The notes under the pieces: generated by a model
The model's database searches: none
What the model was told of the DNA's origin: nothing
The model's input: only the letters and a program-made list of their open reading frames with translations
Translations under genes and position numbers: made by a program
DNA from: Carcharhinus amblyrhynchos
Lineage: Eukaryota
DNA length: 64,000 bases
Assembly (NCBI GenBank): GCA_965287045.1
Contig: OZ336899.1
Coordinates: 12,524,001 to 12,588,000, forward strand
Direction: 5' to 3'
Shown: piece after piece, positions 1 through 11,723 of the stretch
Numbering within the stretch: the stretch's first letter is position 1
Layout of the letters: every line of letters begins with the position of its first letter

Positions 1-129
1 CAAAGTAGGCTATCTGAGTTACTGTGTGGATGCACAAGGATTATACCCCATGGAAGACAAGGTCAGAGTCATGAAGGAGGAACCGATCTACAGAATCAAT
101 AGGTATCAACTCTCCACTGATTGAAGTCA

Positions 130-660
130 TGCCTGGCACCATTCGCAATTCCTCAAATACTAAAGCAATCCATTTTCAAATGCAACAAGATCTGGACAAT
201 ATCCAGGCTTACGCTGACGAGTGACAAGTAACATTCACATCACATAAATGTCAGACAATGACCATCGCTAATAAGAGACAATCCAGTACGAAGATATGTG
301 GGTTAGGTTGATTGACCCTAAATTGCTAAAAGCTAAATGCTAAATTGACCTTCATGTCAGGGGGATTAGCACGGTAAACATGTGTGGTTACGGGAATAGG
401 GCCTCGGTGGGATTGTGGTTGGCTCAGACTCAGTGGGCAGAATGGCCTTCTTTTGTACTGCAGGGATTCTATGATTCTAATCACCACCCTTGACATTCAG
501 TGATCAAAATCCTGGAATTCCCTCCCAAATTCCAACCCACAGCACCTGGACCGCAGCATTTCAAGGTGGCAGCTCACCACCACCTTCTCAAGGGCAACTA
601 GGGATAGGCAATAAATATTGGCCAGCCAGCAATGTCCACGTCCCATGAATGAATAAAAAA
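130..660 (+). mobile_element. Internally deleted CR1/L2-group LINE fragment (family ending ...CCCATGAATGAATAAAAAA)
   Basis: Translates to MQQDLDNIQAYADE*QVTFTSHKCQTMTI (RT C-terminal). Its 3' end gcagctcaccaccaccttctcaagggcaactaggga...gcaataaat...cccatgaatgaataaaaaa is shared with copies at ~43970-45265 and ~49920-50850. Confidence 0.75.
289..479 (+). mobile_element. 5'-truncated HE1-type V-SINE
   Basis: aagatatgtgggttaggttgattg...gctaaattg...gtgtggttacggg...aatggcct...gtactgcagggattctatgattct matches the other SINE copies in the window. Confidence 0.8.
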
Positions 661-1449
661 CACATCGGAGCTCAACTCTTTTTTGAGGAGTGGTGAATTA
701 CTATGGGTGTTTTTTTAACTGGACTTGCTGATATTATTGGCCCCCTTACATATGCTGCTAAAGAAGCACCAGCTTTGGTTTTGGAAAATGCCCCAGAGAG
801 AAGCTTTTAACAGAGTGAATCAATTGTTACATTCATCAAGTTTACTGTTGCATTTGGACCCATCAATGCAAATGATGCCTCTCCATGTGGCATTTGTGTG
901 ACGTTGTCCCACAAGATGGATGACAGATCTAAAAGGCCAATAGGTCACATCTTGAGAATCCTCTCAGAAGCTGAGAAAAACCACTCACAAACTGAGAAAG
1001 AAGGATTATGAATAGTTTTTGGTGTCAAGAAATTCCACCAGTACTTGTACAGTAGGTGCTTTACTATTGTTTCTGATCACAAACCAATTTTGGGTCATTT
1101 TAAAGAAGACAAGCCAATTGCATCAACAAGAATTCAGCATTGGGTGTTAATTCTCTCTGCCTACAAATATACTTTCAAGCATTGGCCTGGAATATATGCA
1201 GCGAATACAAAGGGACTTAGTTGCCTATTTTTACAAGAAAGTGTTGCGCCTCCCCCAATACTGCAGGAAATCGTCATGGCATTGAATTTCTAGGACACAT
1301 TGCCAGTTTTGGTGAAACAGATCAAGTACTGGACCAGTCGGGATCCACTACAGTCCAAAGTGAGGCACAGGATACTAATAAGTTGGGCTGGTGAGTCAGT
1401 TGAAACTCATTGTTTAGGCATGGATACGAAATTATTTGCTCTATTTCTT

Positions 1450-4400
1450 TCTTTTTAAATCTTAAAGTTTTTAAACTTAAAAGGGCTGAGTCATGGCAGG
1501 AGAGCTCAAAGCTGTGGTTTGCTCTTCTTGCTCCAAGTGGGAATCCGGGCATATTTCCAGCGCTGAAGGCCAGCATGTGTGCAGGAAGTGTGTCCAGCTG
1601 CAGCTCCTGGGAGCTTAGGTTTTGGAGCTGGAACGGCTGCTGGGGACACTATGGAGCATCCGCGAGTCTGAGAGCATTGTGATAGCACATTTAGGGATGT
1701 GGCCACACCACAGCTGAAGGGAACAGAGGGAGGAAGGGAATGGGTCACCATCAGGCAGTCAAGAGATGTAGGCAGATAGTTCAGTAGTCCCTGGGGGTCT
1801 CGCTCACAAATCGGTATTCCATTTTGGTGACTGATGAGGGCACCTGTTCCTCCAGGGGGTGCAGACAAAGACAAGCTTCAGGCACCACAAATGGCCTGTC
1901 TGTACTGTGGGGGAAGTGGGTGGAGAAAGAGAAAGAGAGGCAGGTCAACAGTAACAGGGGATTCTATAGTCAAGGATACAGATAGGCACTACTGTGGCTG
2001 TCAACGTGACTCAGGATGGTATGTTGCCTCTCTGGTGATAGGTTCTGGGATGTCACCAAACGTCTGCAGGGCATTCTGAAGGGGGAGGATGATAAGGCAA
2101 AGTTCATGGTACATATTGGTACCAATGACATAGATAGAAAGAGGGATGAGGTCTTGCATCAAAAATGCAGGGAGGTAGACAGAAGACTAAAAAGGAGGAC
2201 TTCTTGAGTTGTAATCTCAGGATTACTCCCAGTGCTACATGCAAGCAAGCAAAGAAGTAGGAGGATAGTGCAGATGAATGTGCAGCTTAAGGGTTGGTGC
2301 AGTAGGAAGGGTTTTAGATTCCTGGATCACTGGGGCCATTTCTGGGGAAGGTACAAGCGGGACAGTCTACATCTGAACCAGAACTGTACTAACATCCTTG
2401 CGGGACGTTTTGCTCATGCTGTTGGGAGGAGTTCAAACTAATTTGGCGGGAGGAGGGGTGTAGACTGTTAGCAGAATAAGGGCATGGAATCATGCAGCAA
2501 AACAAACAAGTCAGAGGAAGTGCAGCTGTATTAAGTTTCAAGGGAGTAAGGCCAGGCTGAATTGCTCTACTTTAACACCAGGACTACTGCAGGTAAGACA
2601 GGTGAGTTGAGGGCAATGATTGACACATGGAAGTGTGACATAGTAGCCATCACAGAGAAATGGTTGAAGGAAGGACATGATACATTCTAGGATACAGAAT
2701 CTTCAGACGAGACAGGGGAAGAGGTAAAAGAGGAGGCATTGCATTCTTAATTTAGGAGTCAGTTTGCTATAGTAAGGAGACATGACATCTTGGAGGGGGC
2801 ATCAAATGAAGCTTTGTGGATAGAGCTTAGGAATAAAAATGGGGCAGCCACATTGTTAGGTGTTTATTATAGACCCCCAGATAGTCAGAAGGATATTGAG
2901 GAGCAAATATGTGCTCGGTTTGTGGAGGTGTGTAAAAGCAGTAACAATAGGGTTATTATATTAGGTGATTTCAATTTACCCGACATTAACTGGAATATAC
3001 ATAGTTTTAAGGGCTTGGATGGAGTAGATTTGAAATGTGGACAGGAGAACTTTTTAAATCAGTATGTGGAGGGCCCAACAATGGAGGGAGTTGCACTGGA
3101 CCTGATTCTGGGGAATGAAGTTGGACAGGTGGTTGAGGTTGTGGTTGGGAAGGATTTTAGTGAAAGTGATCACAATATGGTACAATTTAAGTTTGCTATG
3201 GCCAAAGAAATAGACAAGCTACAAAAAAAGTTTTGGATTATGGAACTGCAGATTTTAGTAAAATAAGACAAGATCTGGCCAAAGTAGACTGGGAACAGCT
3301 ACTAATAGGAAAAACTACAGAAGAGCAGTGGGGGGCATTCAAAAAGAAAATGGGGAGAGCACAAGCCCAGCATATTCTTTCTAGGATGATAGGTAGAAAT
3401 AATAAGCCCAGAGAACCTGGATGACCAGAGGTATTCAGGATATAATGAGAAGGAAAAGAAAGGTTTTTAAAAAATACAAGGGTAGCAAATCAGTGGAGGC
3501 ATTAGTGAAGTATAGAAAGTGCAGGGTGAAGCTTAAGAAAGCAATTAGGAATACAAAGAGGGAATGTGAGAAAGCTCTGGCTGGTAAAAGGTAGGGAAAA
3601 TCCTAAAATATTATGTAAGTATATCAATAGGAAGAGGATGAACAGGGAAAGAGTAGGACCCATTTGAGACAAAGGGGGTAATCTGTGGGTGGAGCCAGAG
3701 GACATTTGTAGAGTGTTGAATGAATACTTCACATCCATCTTTACCCAAGTGAATGAGGACAATGGTATGGAATTTATGGAGAGAGACTGAGGTTTTTGAG
3801 CAAATTGACAAAGGGAAAAACAAGATGTTGGAAGTGTTGATAGCCATAAAGTGGATAAATCCCCAGGTCCAAATGAATTGGGCCTCAGGCTGCTTTGGGA
3901 GGCAAGGGAGGAAATTGCAAAAATTCCTTCCTGGGGAACTACTCTGACCCAAATTTTCAGTTCCTCTCTGGCCACAAAGGAGGTATCCAATGACTGGAAA
4001 ACAGCTAATGTCATTTCGCTATTTTAAAAAGGTGTTGTAAAGATAAACCAGGGAACTATAGACCAGTGAGTCTCATGTCAATGGTAGGGAAAAGATTAGA
4101 GAAACTTCTGAAGGAGAACATCTATCTCCACTTGGAGAGGCAAAGCTTGATCAGGGATAGTCAGCATGGCTTCATCAGAGGGAGGTCATTCCTAACAAAT
4201 TTGATTGAATTTTTTGAGGTGTGACCAGGTGTGTAGATGAGGGTAGCACAATCGATGTAGTTTATATGGATTTCAGCAAAGTCTTTGACAAGATCTCATA
4301 TGGGACACTTGTAAAGAAGGCAAATTCACATGGGATACAGGGTAATTTGATAAAGTGGATTCAAAATTGGCTCAGTTATAGGAGACAGATGGTGATGACA

Positions 4401-4695
4401 GAAGGCTGTTTTAGTGACTGGAAACAAGTGTACAGTGGCTTACCACAGGGATCTGTTAAGGCGATACCCCCCACCCCCTCCCCCCGCCGGCTTATTCATT
4501 ATTTATATAAATGACCTTGATGACTATGTGGGGGTTAGGATTAGTAAGTTTGCAGATGCCACAAAAATTGGATGGAGTGAATTGGGCTACAAGAAGTTAT
4601 AGCCGGAATGATCAAATGATAAGTGACAGATGGAATTTAACCCTGAAAAGTGTGAAGTGATATACTTTGGAAGGAGTAATTTGACAAGAAAATAA
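1450..4695 (+). mobile_element. Old near-full-length CR1 LINE (ORF1, APE endonuclease, RT), 3'-truncated and pseudogenised
   Basis: ORF1 from the ATG at 1493. ORF2 fragments: EALWIELRNKNGAATLLGVYYRPP, ILGDFNLPDINW, SDHNMVQF, NYRPVSL, QHGF, DVVYMDFSKVFDK, SGLPQGSV, SKFADATK. Many stops and frameshifts. Confidence 0.93.
1493..2441 (+). pseudogene. CR1 ORF1 relic (CxxC...CxxC zinc finger, coiled coil, SGNH/GDSL esterase-like domain)
   Basis: MAGELKAVVCSSCSKWE...HVCRKCVQLQLL, then TVTGDSIVKDTDRHYC, MVHIGTNDI and RDSLHLN (SGNH blocks I, III and V). Frameshifted. Confidence 0.85.
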
Positions 4696-5227
4696 AATGA
4701 TTAGAAGATCATGTGCATTCTATCATGTCGCTCACAGCATTACTACTGTGGAGCTCCAAGTAACCAGGAGTGAACTCAAGAGCACTCTGCCTTGTTTTCA
4801 TCAAAGATTATCTTGGGCTGATTTATTAGGCTACTTTGGTCTTGCCATCAATTATAGATTGGCCTGCATGTTGACTTTCAAGTTTTAGTGCCTCTTCTTC
4901 CACTGGTCTCAGGATAGTAGCGTCTTGGCCCTTTCTTTATCAATGTGCAGTGTTCTTCTCCAAACACACGTGTCCACTGCATGCCAAAAATAACCACAAC
5001 GTCTATGCCCATGGCAGCTTGATTGACAGGAATGCCTCCTAACATGGCCATTCATTAGCAGCTGTTCAGGAGTCAACGCTGACAGATCATGGCCTTTCAC
5101 AGAGATACTGACATGCCTCTGACAGACAAGGTTGCTGTTTTGCCATTGCCAAGGAATCCACATGTCCTTTTCAACAGTCTCATATTTATGCCTAGTCATG
5201 TAAGGCTGTAGCAATGTGGTGTACCCC

Positions 5228-5321
5228 CAAATAAAGTGCTGAAACAACTCAGCAGGTCTGCAACATCTGTGAAGAAACAGAATTATTGTTTCCAGTCCCA
5301 TATGACTTTGGAAGAACTGAG
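5228..5321 (-). mobile_element. Short PLE terminal-repeat-like fragment with a decayed hammerhead core
   Basis: Reverse complement tcagttcttccaaAGTCatatggGACTgGAAAC...cagatgttgcagacctgctgagttgtttcagcac. The stem and GAAAC are retained and the CUGANGA box is eroded. Assignment rests on recalled resemblance to shark PLE repeats. Confidence 0.5.
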
Positions 5322-5330
5322 TGTGTTGCA

Positions 5331-5550
5331 CTCACCTTGGCTGATTGCATGAGGTCATTAACTTGCTTGTAACACTGCAGCTAGATTTGTGAAACGTCCT
5401 CAGGTCTGCTGATTTCCTTTGCCATTCAGGCTTTCTTCGTCACCCAGGCCAGTCTCTTTCTTCCATTTTGTGGGAAGAGGACCTCTCTCCTTGCCCAAGT
5501 AGCCTTAGGAGAGCCTGCATGGAGACATTAATGGACCATGAGGCCTTCCT
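5331..5550 (-). pseudogene. PIF/Harbinger-type Myb/SANT (MSANTD-like) exon relic
   Basis: The minus strand reads ARREVLFPQNGRKRLAWVTKKA*MAKEIS...LQCYKQVNDLMQSAK, followed immediately by the donor GTGAGT. Confidence 0.65.
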
Positions 5551-5881
5551 GGATCTTGTCAGCCATTTTGGACTGCCTAAGGTAATTTCACATAGGTTCA
5601 AATCTAGGTGCTACAAAGGTCCTATGCCCCAGAGATTGAATGCCTGGATTTTCTAAATTGTTTTGTCCATTTCCTCAAGTGGACGATTCTAAATTGTTTG
5701 CAGAGATATTGTTGTCTGGGACCTACGGATTTACTAATTTGCTCCAACATTTGATTGCCCAGCGTATAATATTTAATGTATACATTGATGAGTAGCATTG
5801 CTGCAGTTTTTTATAATTTCTTGATTTAGTGTATCTTTTTTGTTAATCATTTCAAGTTTGATTTATCCTGCACTATGACCC

Positions 5882-6164
5882 AACACGGTGGCAAGCACTG
5901 GTGCCTCACAGCGCCAGGGGCTTGGGTTCAATAGCGGCCTTGGGTCACTGCCTGTGCAGAGTTTGCATACTTTTCTGCATGGGTTTCCTCCACACAGTCC
6001 AAAGATGTGTGGGTTAGGTTGATTGGCTATGCTAAATTGACTCTAGTGTTAGGGAAATTAGCAGGATAAATGTATGGGGTTACGGGAATTGGGATCTGGA
6101 TGGGATTGTGGTCAGTACAGATTTGATGGGCTGAATAACCTCCTTCTGCACTGTATGATTCTAC
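5882..6164 (+). mobile_element. HE1-type V-SINE
   Basis: tRNA-like head (gcctcacagcgccagggg...gggttcaat), V-domain (gcagagtttgcat...gggtttcctcc...cagtccaaagatgtgtgggttagg) and CR1-like tail. Confidence 0.85.
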
Positions 6165-6599
6165 AACCCTTTATTTCTGAAAGCAAAGAGAATGCTTTTA
6201 AAAATAGGTGCAATTATCTTTTTAGGTTAGAACTGATTTGTATGGACAGCTCCAGTGGGGTGAATTGAACTGTGCGATATTAATAAATGACAATGATAAA
6301 ATCCAATGGATTAACGACAAAGGAATGTCGAATGAACAGATTAATGTATTTGTATGTCAATCTCACACAGCATGATTTCAACTCAACTGAGATATCTGAA
6401 CCCACAAAATGATGATTCACAGAATAAATATTGATCCACTTGTCACTTTGAAACTATTGAGACATTAATAAAGAAGCACAATTTAAGAACATAATTTAAT
6501 CGGTAAAGGGTTATCCTATAATTGGTGTTGTAATATTTTCAAAATAGTACAAACCATTCACAGTGACTTTGCATTGCTCTAGACAACTTTTGTTTAAAA

Positions 6600-6830
6600 A
6601 AAGCTTTCAATTATATAGTTAGTGCTTTATCATAGTGTGAGGATGTCCCAAACCCTTCACAACCAAATTAACTGCTTTTGGAAGTGAAGTCAGTGTCATT
6701 CTATGGATAAACACAGTAGCCAATTGCAAGGTCCCAAGAACAGAATGATTAACCATATAATCTGTTTTTGGTGATTTTGGTTAAGGAAGAAATACTGCTA
6801 TCATACCAGAGTACAACTGGCTATTTGGTT
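6600..6830 (-). mobile_element. DeuSINE (SacSINE1-like) fragment
   Basis: gtagccaattgcaaggtcccaagaacag...ataatctgtttttggtgattttggttaagga resembles the copies at 33895 and 40780. Confidence 0.55.
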
Positions 6831-7059
6831 AACTATAAGATTAATATGATTTTCTAGCAGGAGTCACTGGATGGTGATAAGTAGCTGAAACCCTAACTGA
6901 TTTTTCCCTTCCATAGGCCAGAGATTTTGAAGCCCAAACTCTGTAAAGATTAAGGACTGAAGACCCAAGGTTCTTTGGTCTGTAAAAGTCTACTTTTCCA
7001 GAAGATAGTGCCATTTATCCCCAATCTTTTCAATCTTTTCACTAGGGAGCCTGTGTTTC

Positions 7060-7300
7060 TTCACAGCATGGTTCCGTTATAGCAAAAGGTTGTTCAGCCC
7101 TTCATGTTTGCACTGGCTGTCCGAAAATGCAATTTACCTAGACATTTCCTATCTTTTGCCTCACGTTCTTTTGCCTTGCACGTTCTTTGTTTTTAAATAA
7201 TAATAATCCAGTTCGTTCCTTAATTTCAAATGAACCTGCCTCCACCATACTGTCAGGCAGTGCATTCCAGATCCCAACCAGTTGCTGTCTGAAAAAGTTT
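7060..7300 (-). mobile_element. Old CR1 3'-end fragment
   Basis: The minus strand encodes NFFRQQLVGIWNALPDSMVEAGS, followed by a CR1-type 3'UTR. Confidence 0.7.
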
Positions 7301-8169
7301 TGAATTAAAAATGACCGCAGCTGCTGGATCATTATTGTGGAGAGGGAAACCCCCACTTCTTGTTCAAATTGCCATAAATGACATTTACAAATCAGAATGA
7401 GTGACACATGGCAAATTTGAAATAAATCCTCACTGCCCCACCTGTACCTGCACACAAACTTCTACATCCACCATGTAACCTAAGTGGACACAGTTAACAG
7501 GTCAACCACAATGACACATAACCCCCCGCCACTCATTTTTTGAATGCAACAATGTTAGTCTCTCAGACAAGAACACCAAGTTACATTAGGAAACTAGACT
7601 AGACCCGAACAATCTTTCCTTTTTGGCATAAAAATGTGATGATGGAATAATTCCTGGAAAGGAATATCCTATGAACAAAATAGGGATTTTTATAGTGAAA
7701 GAATCTTTATTTAATAATAAAGTTTAAATATAACTCTGACAAATGAATTAGCTTAACTATTAACAGTTGAAAAATATTTAAAAACAAAAAGAAACAACTT
7801 TATTTTCATTTTTTATTCCTGTTCCAAATAAGCCCCATTCATGCATAGATTAAACCCATTTTTAAATAATGTTAGCAAACCCAGGCATACTTGCTTTAAC
7901 ATTTGTTAATAATCTTGCAGCTTTCAAGAGAGATAGAGTTCTGAAGCCTACAACATCTTTTTAACTTCAACCAGGCTTCAGTTATATCTAACTGCTTTCT
8001 GCCACAGTTTTTTCTATCTGCTACAGACCCATCTTTGCACATTAATAACACCATCACATGATCCTATCAATCACTCTAATCAGAAATCCCAGGGGAACTT
8101 AAGTGACCAAAAGTCCATTAGCTCTACTTAAAATAAACACTTACAAAGTGTTTACAAATACCTTATCCA

Positions 8170-9244
8170 AAAGGCATTTGATAAGGTGCCTCATAAAAGG
8201 TTGCTACAGAAGGTTAGGGTGCACGGCGTTGGGGGTAAGGTGTTAGCGTGGATAGAGGATTGGCTGTCTGATAGGAAGCAGAGAGTTGGTATCAATGAGT
8301 GCTATTCTGGTTGACGGTTGGTGACTAGTGGAGTGCCGCAGGGATCGGTGCTGGGGCCTCAACTATTTACCATTTAGAAAGATGATCTGGAAGAGGGGGC
8401 TGAGTGTCGGGTGACGAAATTTACTGATGATACGAAGATGAGTGGAAAAGCAAATTGCATGGAGGGTGTGGAAAGTCTGCAGGGAGATCTGGATAGGCTG
8501 AGCGAGTGGGCGAGGACCTGGCAGATGGAGTATAATGTTAGCAAGTGTGAGGTTATCCACTTTGTCAGAAATAATAGTAGGAGGGATTATTATTTAAAAG
8601 GCAAAAAGCTGCAGTATGCTATGGTGCAGAGGGATCTGGGGGTCCTTGTGCACGAGTCACAAAAACCCAGTCTGCAGGTGCAGCAGGTGATCAAGAAGGC
8701 GAATGGAATGTTGGCCTTTATAGTGAGGGGGATAGAATATAAAAGTAGGGAGGTCTTGTTGCAATGTACAGGGTACTGGTGAGGCCGCAGCTGGAGTACT
8801 GTGTGCAGTTTTGGTTGCCGCACTTGCGGAAGGATATATTGGCCTTGGAGGGAGTGCAAAGGAGGTTCACTAGGCTGATACCAGAGATGAGGGGTTGGAC
8901 TATGAAGAGAGACTAAATAGACTAGGTCTGTACTCATTGGAGTTTAGAAGGATGAGGGGGGATCTTATAGTGACGTATAAGATAATGAAGGGGATGGATA
9001 GGGTAAAGGTAGAGAGTTTCTTCCCACTTAGAAAGGATAGCAGGACTAGAGGGCACAGCCTCAAGATAATGGGGGGGTGCAGTTTAGATCAGAGTTGAGG
9101 AGGAACTTCTTCACTCAGAGGGTGGTGAATCTCTGGAATTCTCTGCCTGTTGAAGTGGTGGAGGCTACCTCGCTAAATATATTTAAGTCACGGGTAGATA
9201 GGTTTTTGAAAGACAGAGGAATTAAAGGTTATGGGGAGAAAGCA
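8170..9244 (+). mobile_element. 5'-truncated CR1 LINE (RT C-terminal half); its 3' tail is displaced to 11724-11833
   Basis: KAFDKVPHKRLL, SGVPQGSVLGP, TKFTDDTK, LGLYSLEFRRMRGDLI, with several stops and frameshifts. It breaks off at ggttatggggagaaagca. Confidence 0.93.
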
Positions 9245-11723
9245 TATTGATTGGTCGACCCATGTTGGACGCGGTGGGCTTGAGGAGGAGTTCTTGGAAT
9301 GCTGCCGGGATAGTTTCCTGGAACAGTGCGTGTTGGAGCCGACGAGGGAGAGAGCTATCTTGGATCTCGTGCTATGTAATGAGGCGGGTAGAATTAGGGA
9401 CCTTGCGGTGAAGGATTCTCTTGGGGAGAGTGATCATTGTATGGTGGAGTTTCTGGTGCAGATGGAGGAGGAGAAAGTGGGTTCCCGGTCACGCGTACTT
9501 TGTTTGAATAGAGGGGAGTACGGTAGGATGAGAGAAGAATTGGCGAATGTTGACTGGGGGAGCGCGTTGGAGGGAGGGTCTGCTGAGGAGCAGTGGAGGA
9601 TCTTTAAGGAGATCTTTCTTGGTGCTCAGCGGAAATTTATTCCGATGGTCAAAAAGGACAGTAGGAGGAGAGGTAATAAGCTGTGGATAACGAAGGAGGT
9701 GAAGGAAAGTGTTAAATTAAAAGCGGAGGAATTTAGAGTAGCTAAGAGTAGTGGGCGAGAAGAGGATTGGGAGAGGTTTAAATGTCAACAAAGATTGACA
9801 AAGAAGTTGATAAAGAAGGGTAGGAGAAACTATGAAGCTGGGCTAGCGCTTAATATAAAAATGGATAGCAAGAGTTTTTATAAATATATAAAAAGGAAGG
9901 GGCTGGCTAGGGTGAACGTTGGTCCTTTAGAGGATGAAAAAGGGGACCTAGTGGTAGGGGATGGGGATATGGCTAAGGTATTGAATAACTTTTTTGTTTC
10001 TGTCTTCACGGAGGAGGACGTGAATAATTTGCCAGGTGTTAGTGATGGAAAGGTGGTAGGACTGGAGGGTCTTAATGACATTACTGTTACTAGAGAGGCG
10101 GTGCTCGACAGACTGGAGGGGCTGATTGTGGACAAGTCGCCAGGAACCGGATGGAATGCATCCGAGGGTTCTGAAAGAAATGGCGGAGGTGATAGTGGAT
10201 GCCTTGGTGGTTATTTTCCAGACGTCGCTGGATTCCGGGGAAGTGCCAGAAGATTGGAAAACGGCGAATGTTACGCCGTTGTGTAAGAAGGGTGCCAGGC
10301 AAAAGGCGGGGAATTATAGGCCTGTTAGTTTAACGTCTGTGGTAGGTAAAATGTTAGAATCCGTCATTAAGGAGGAAATTGCGAGGCATCTTGAAGGCAA
10401 TTGCTTGATAGAGCGGACGCAGCACGGTTTCCTTAAAGGGAAGTCGTGTCTGACAAATTTACTGGAGTTCTATGAGGATGTGTCTAGGGCAGTGGATAGA
10501 GGAGAGCCGGTGGATGTGGTCTTTCTGGATTTTCAGAAGGCGTTTGACAAAGTACCTCACAAGAGGTTATTGCAGAAGATCGAGGGACATGGAGTTGGGG
10601 GTAGGGTGTTAGCGTGGATAGAGGATTGGTTGTCAAATAGGAGGCAGAGAGTGGGGGTCAACGGGTGCTATTCGGATTGGCGGATGGTGACTAGTGGAGT
10701 GCCCCAGGGGTCGATGCTGGGGCCTCAGCTTTTTACCATTTATATAGATGATCTGGAGGAGGGAACCGAGTGTAGGGTGTCGAAATTTGCTGATGACACC
10801 AAGATTGGGGGAACGGCAAATTGTGCGGAGGGTGTGGAGAGTCTGCAGAAGGATCTAGATAGGCTGGGCGAATGGGCCAGGAAATGGCAAATGGAATTTA
10901 ATGTTGGCAAGTGTGAGGTGGTCCACTTTGGTAGGAATAATGGTAGGAAGGACTATTACTTACGTGGCGAAAAACTGCAGCAGGCGACGGTGCAGAGGGA
11001 CCTCGGGGTCCTTGTGCATAAGTCGCAAAAACCCAGCTTGCAGGTGCAGCAGGTGGTCAGGAAGGCGAATGGGATGCTGGCCTTCATAGCGAGGGGGATT
11101 GAATATAAAAGTAGGGAGGTCTTGCTGCAGCTGTATAGGGCATTGGTGAGGCCGCAGCTGGAGTACTGTGTGCAGTTTTGGGCGCCGCACCTGCGCAAAG
11201 ATATTTTGGCCTTGGAGGGAGTGCAGAGGAGGTTTACTAGGCTGATACCGGAGTTGAGGGGGTTGAGCTATGAGGAGAGGCAGAATAAACTAGGCTTGTA
11301 CTCGTTGGAGTTTAGAAGAATGAGGGGAGATCTCATTGAGACGTATAAGATGATGAATGGGATGGATAGGATAGAGGTGGAGAGACTCTTCCCGCTCAAA
11401 AAAGACAGTAGGACTAGGGGGCACAGCCTCAAGATAAAGGGGGGGCGGTTTAGAACGGAGTTGAGGAGGAACTTCTTCACTCAAAGGGTGGTGAATCTCT
11501 GGAATTCTCTGCCCGTCGAAGTGGTGGAGGCTACTTCGCTAAATATTTTTAAGAAGCGGGTTGATGGGTTTTTGATAAGAGAGGGGATTAATGGTTATGG
11601 GGAGAGGGCGGGAACGTGGAACTGGGCCACGACAGATCAGCCATGATCTTATTGAGTGGCGGGGCAGGCTCGAAGGGCTGGATGGCCTACTCCTGCTCCT
11701 ATTTCTTATGTTCTTATGTTCTT
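9245..11723 (+). mobile_element. Young 5'-truncated CR1 LINE (family A), inserted into the 3' end of an older CR1
   Basis: ORFs 9231-10286 and 10126-11646 join across one +1 frameshift at ~10145. Contains the endonuclease C-terminus (LDLVL, SDH) and a complete RT (NYRPVSL, QHGF, PQGS, FADD). Tail is (TTCTTATG)n. Confidence 0.97.
10126..11646 (+). CDS. CR1 ORF2 reverse transcriptase, 506-aa open segment of a truncated element
   Basis: Uninterrupted RT motifs DVVFLDFQKAFDKV, SGVPQGSMLGP and SKFADDTK. The normal stop TGA appears mutated to TGG, extending the C-terminus by a few residues. Confidence 0.85.
   Translation: MWTSRQEPDGMHPRVLKEMAEVIVDALVVIFQTSLDSGEVPEDWKTANVTPLCKKGARQKAGNYRPVSLTSVVGKMLESVIKEEIARHLEGNCLIERTQHGFLKGKSCLTNLLEFYEDVSRAVDRGEPVDVVFLDFQKAFDKVPHKRLLQKIEGHGVGGRVLAWIEDWLSNRRQRVGVNGCYSDWRMVTSGVPQGSMLGPQLFTIYIDDLEEGTECRVSKFADDTKIGGTANCAEGVESLQKDLDRLGEWARKWQMEFNVGKCEVVHFGRNNGRKDYYLRGEKLQQATVQRDLGVLVHKSQKPSLQVQQVVRKANGMLAFIARGIEYKSREVLLQLYRALVRPQLEYCVQFWAPHLRKDILALEGVQRRFTRLIPELRGLSYEERQNKLGLYSLEFRRMRGDLIETYKMMNGMDRIEVERLFPLKKDSRTRGHSLKIKGGRFRTELRRNFFTQRVVNLWNSLPVEVVEATSLNIFKKRVDGFLIREGINGYGERAGTWNWATTDQP

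Larger units (their letters stand above)
1..1410 (+). mobile_element. Degenerate Ty3/Gypsy pol fragment (RT C-terminus and RNase H), interrupted at ~90-660 by nested insertions
   Basis: Bases 1-87 translate to KVGYLSYCVDAQGLYPMEDKVRVMKEEP. The frame resumes at ~661 with TSELNSF...LAPLHMLLKKHQLWFW...EAEKNHSQTEKEGL*IVFGVKKFHQYLYSRCFTIVSDHKPILG...RIQHWVLILSAY, a Gypsy RNase H signature, with stops and frameshifts. Confidence 0.88.

Noticed and set aside
5882-5945. tRNA-like A/B-box sequences (also at other SINE heads)
   Set aside because: They are SINE heads with no full cloverleaf, so not tRNA genes.
9878-11484. Recurrent antisense ORFs (e.g. MKKFLLNSVLNRPP..., MRRCGAQNC...) repeated at several loci
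   Set aside because: These are shadow frames of near-identical CR1 ORF2 copies. Their recurrence reflects TE identity, not a separate gene.
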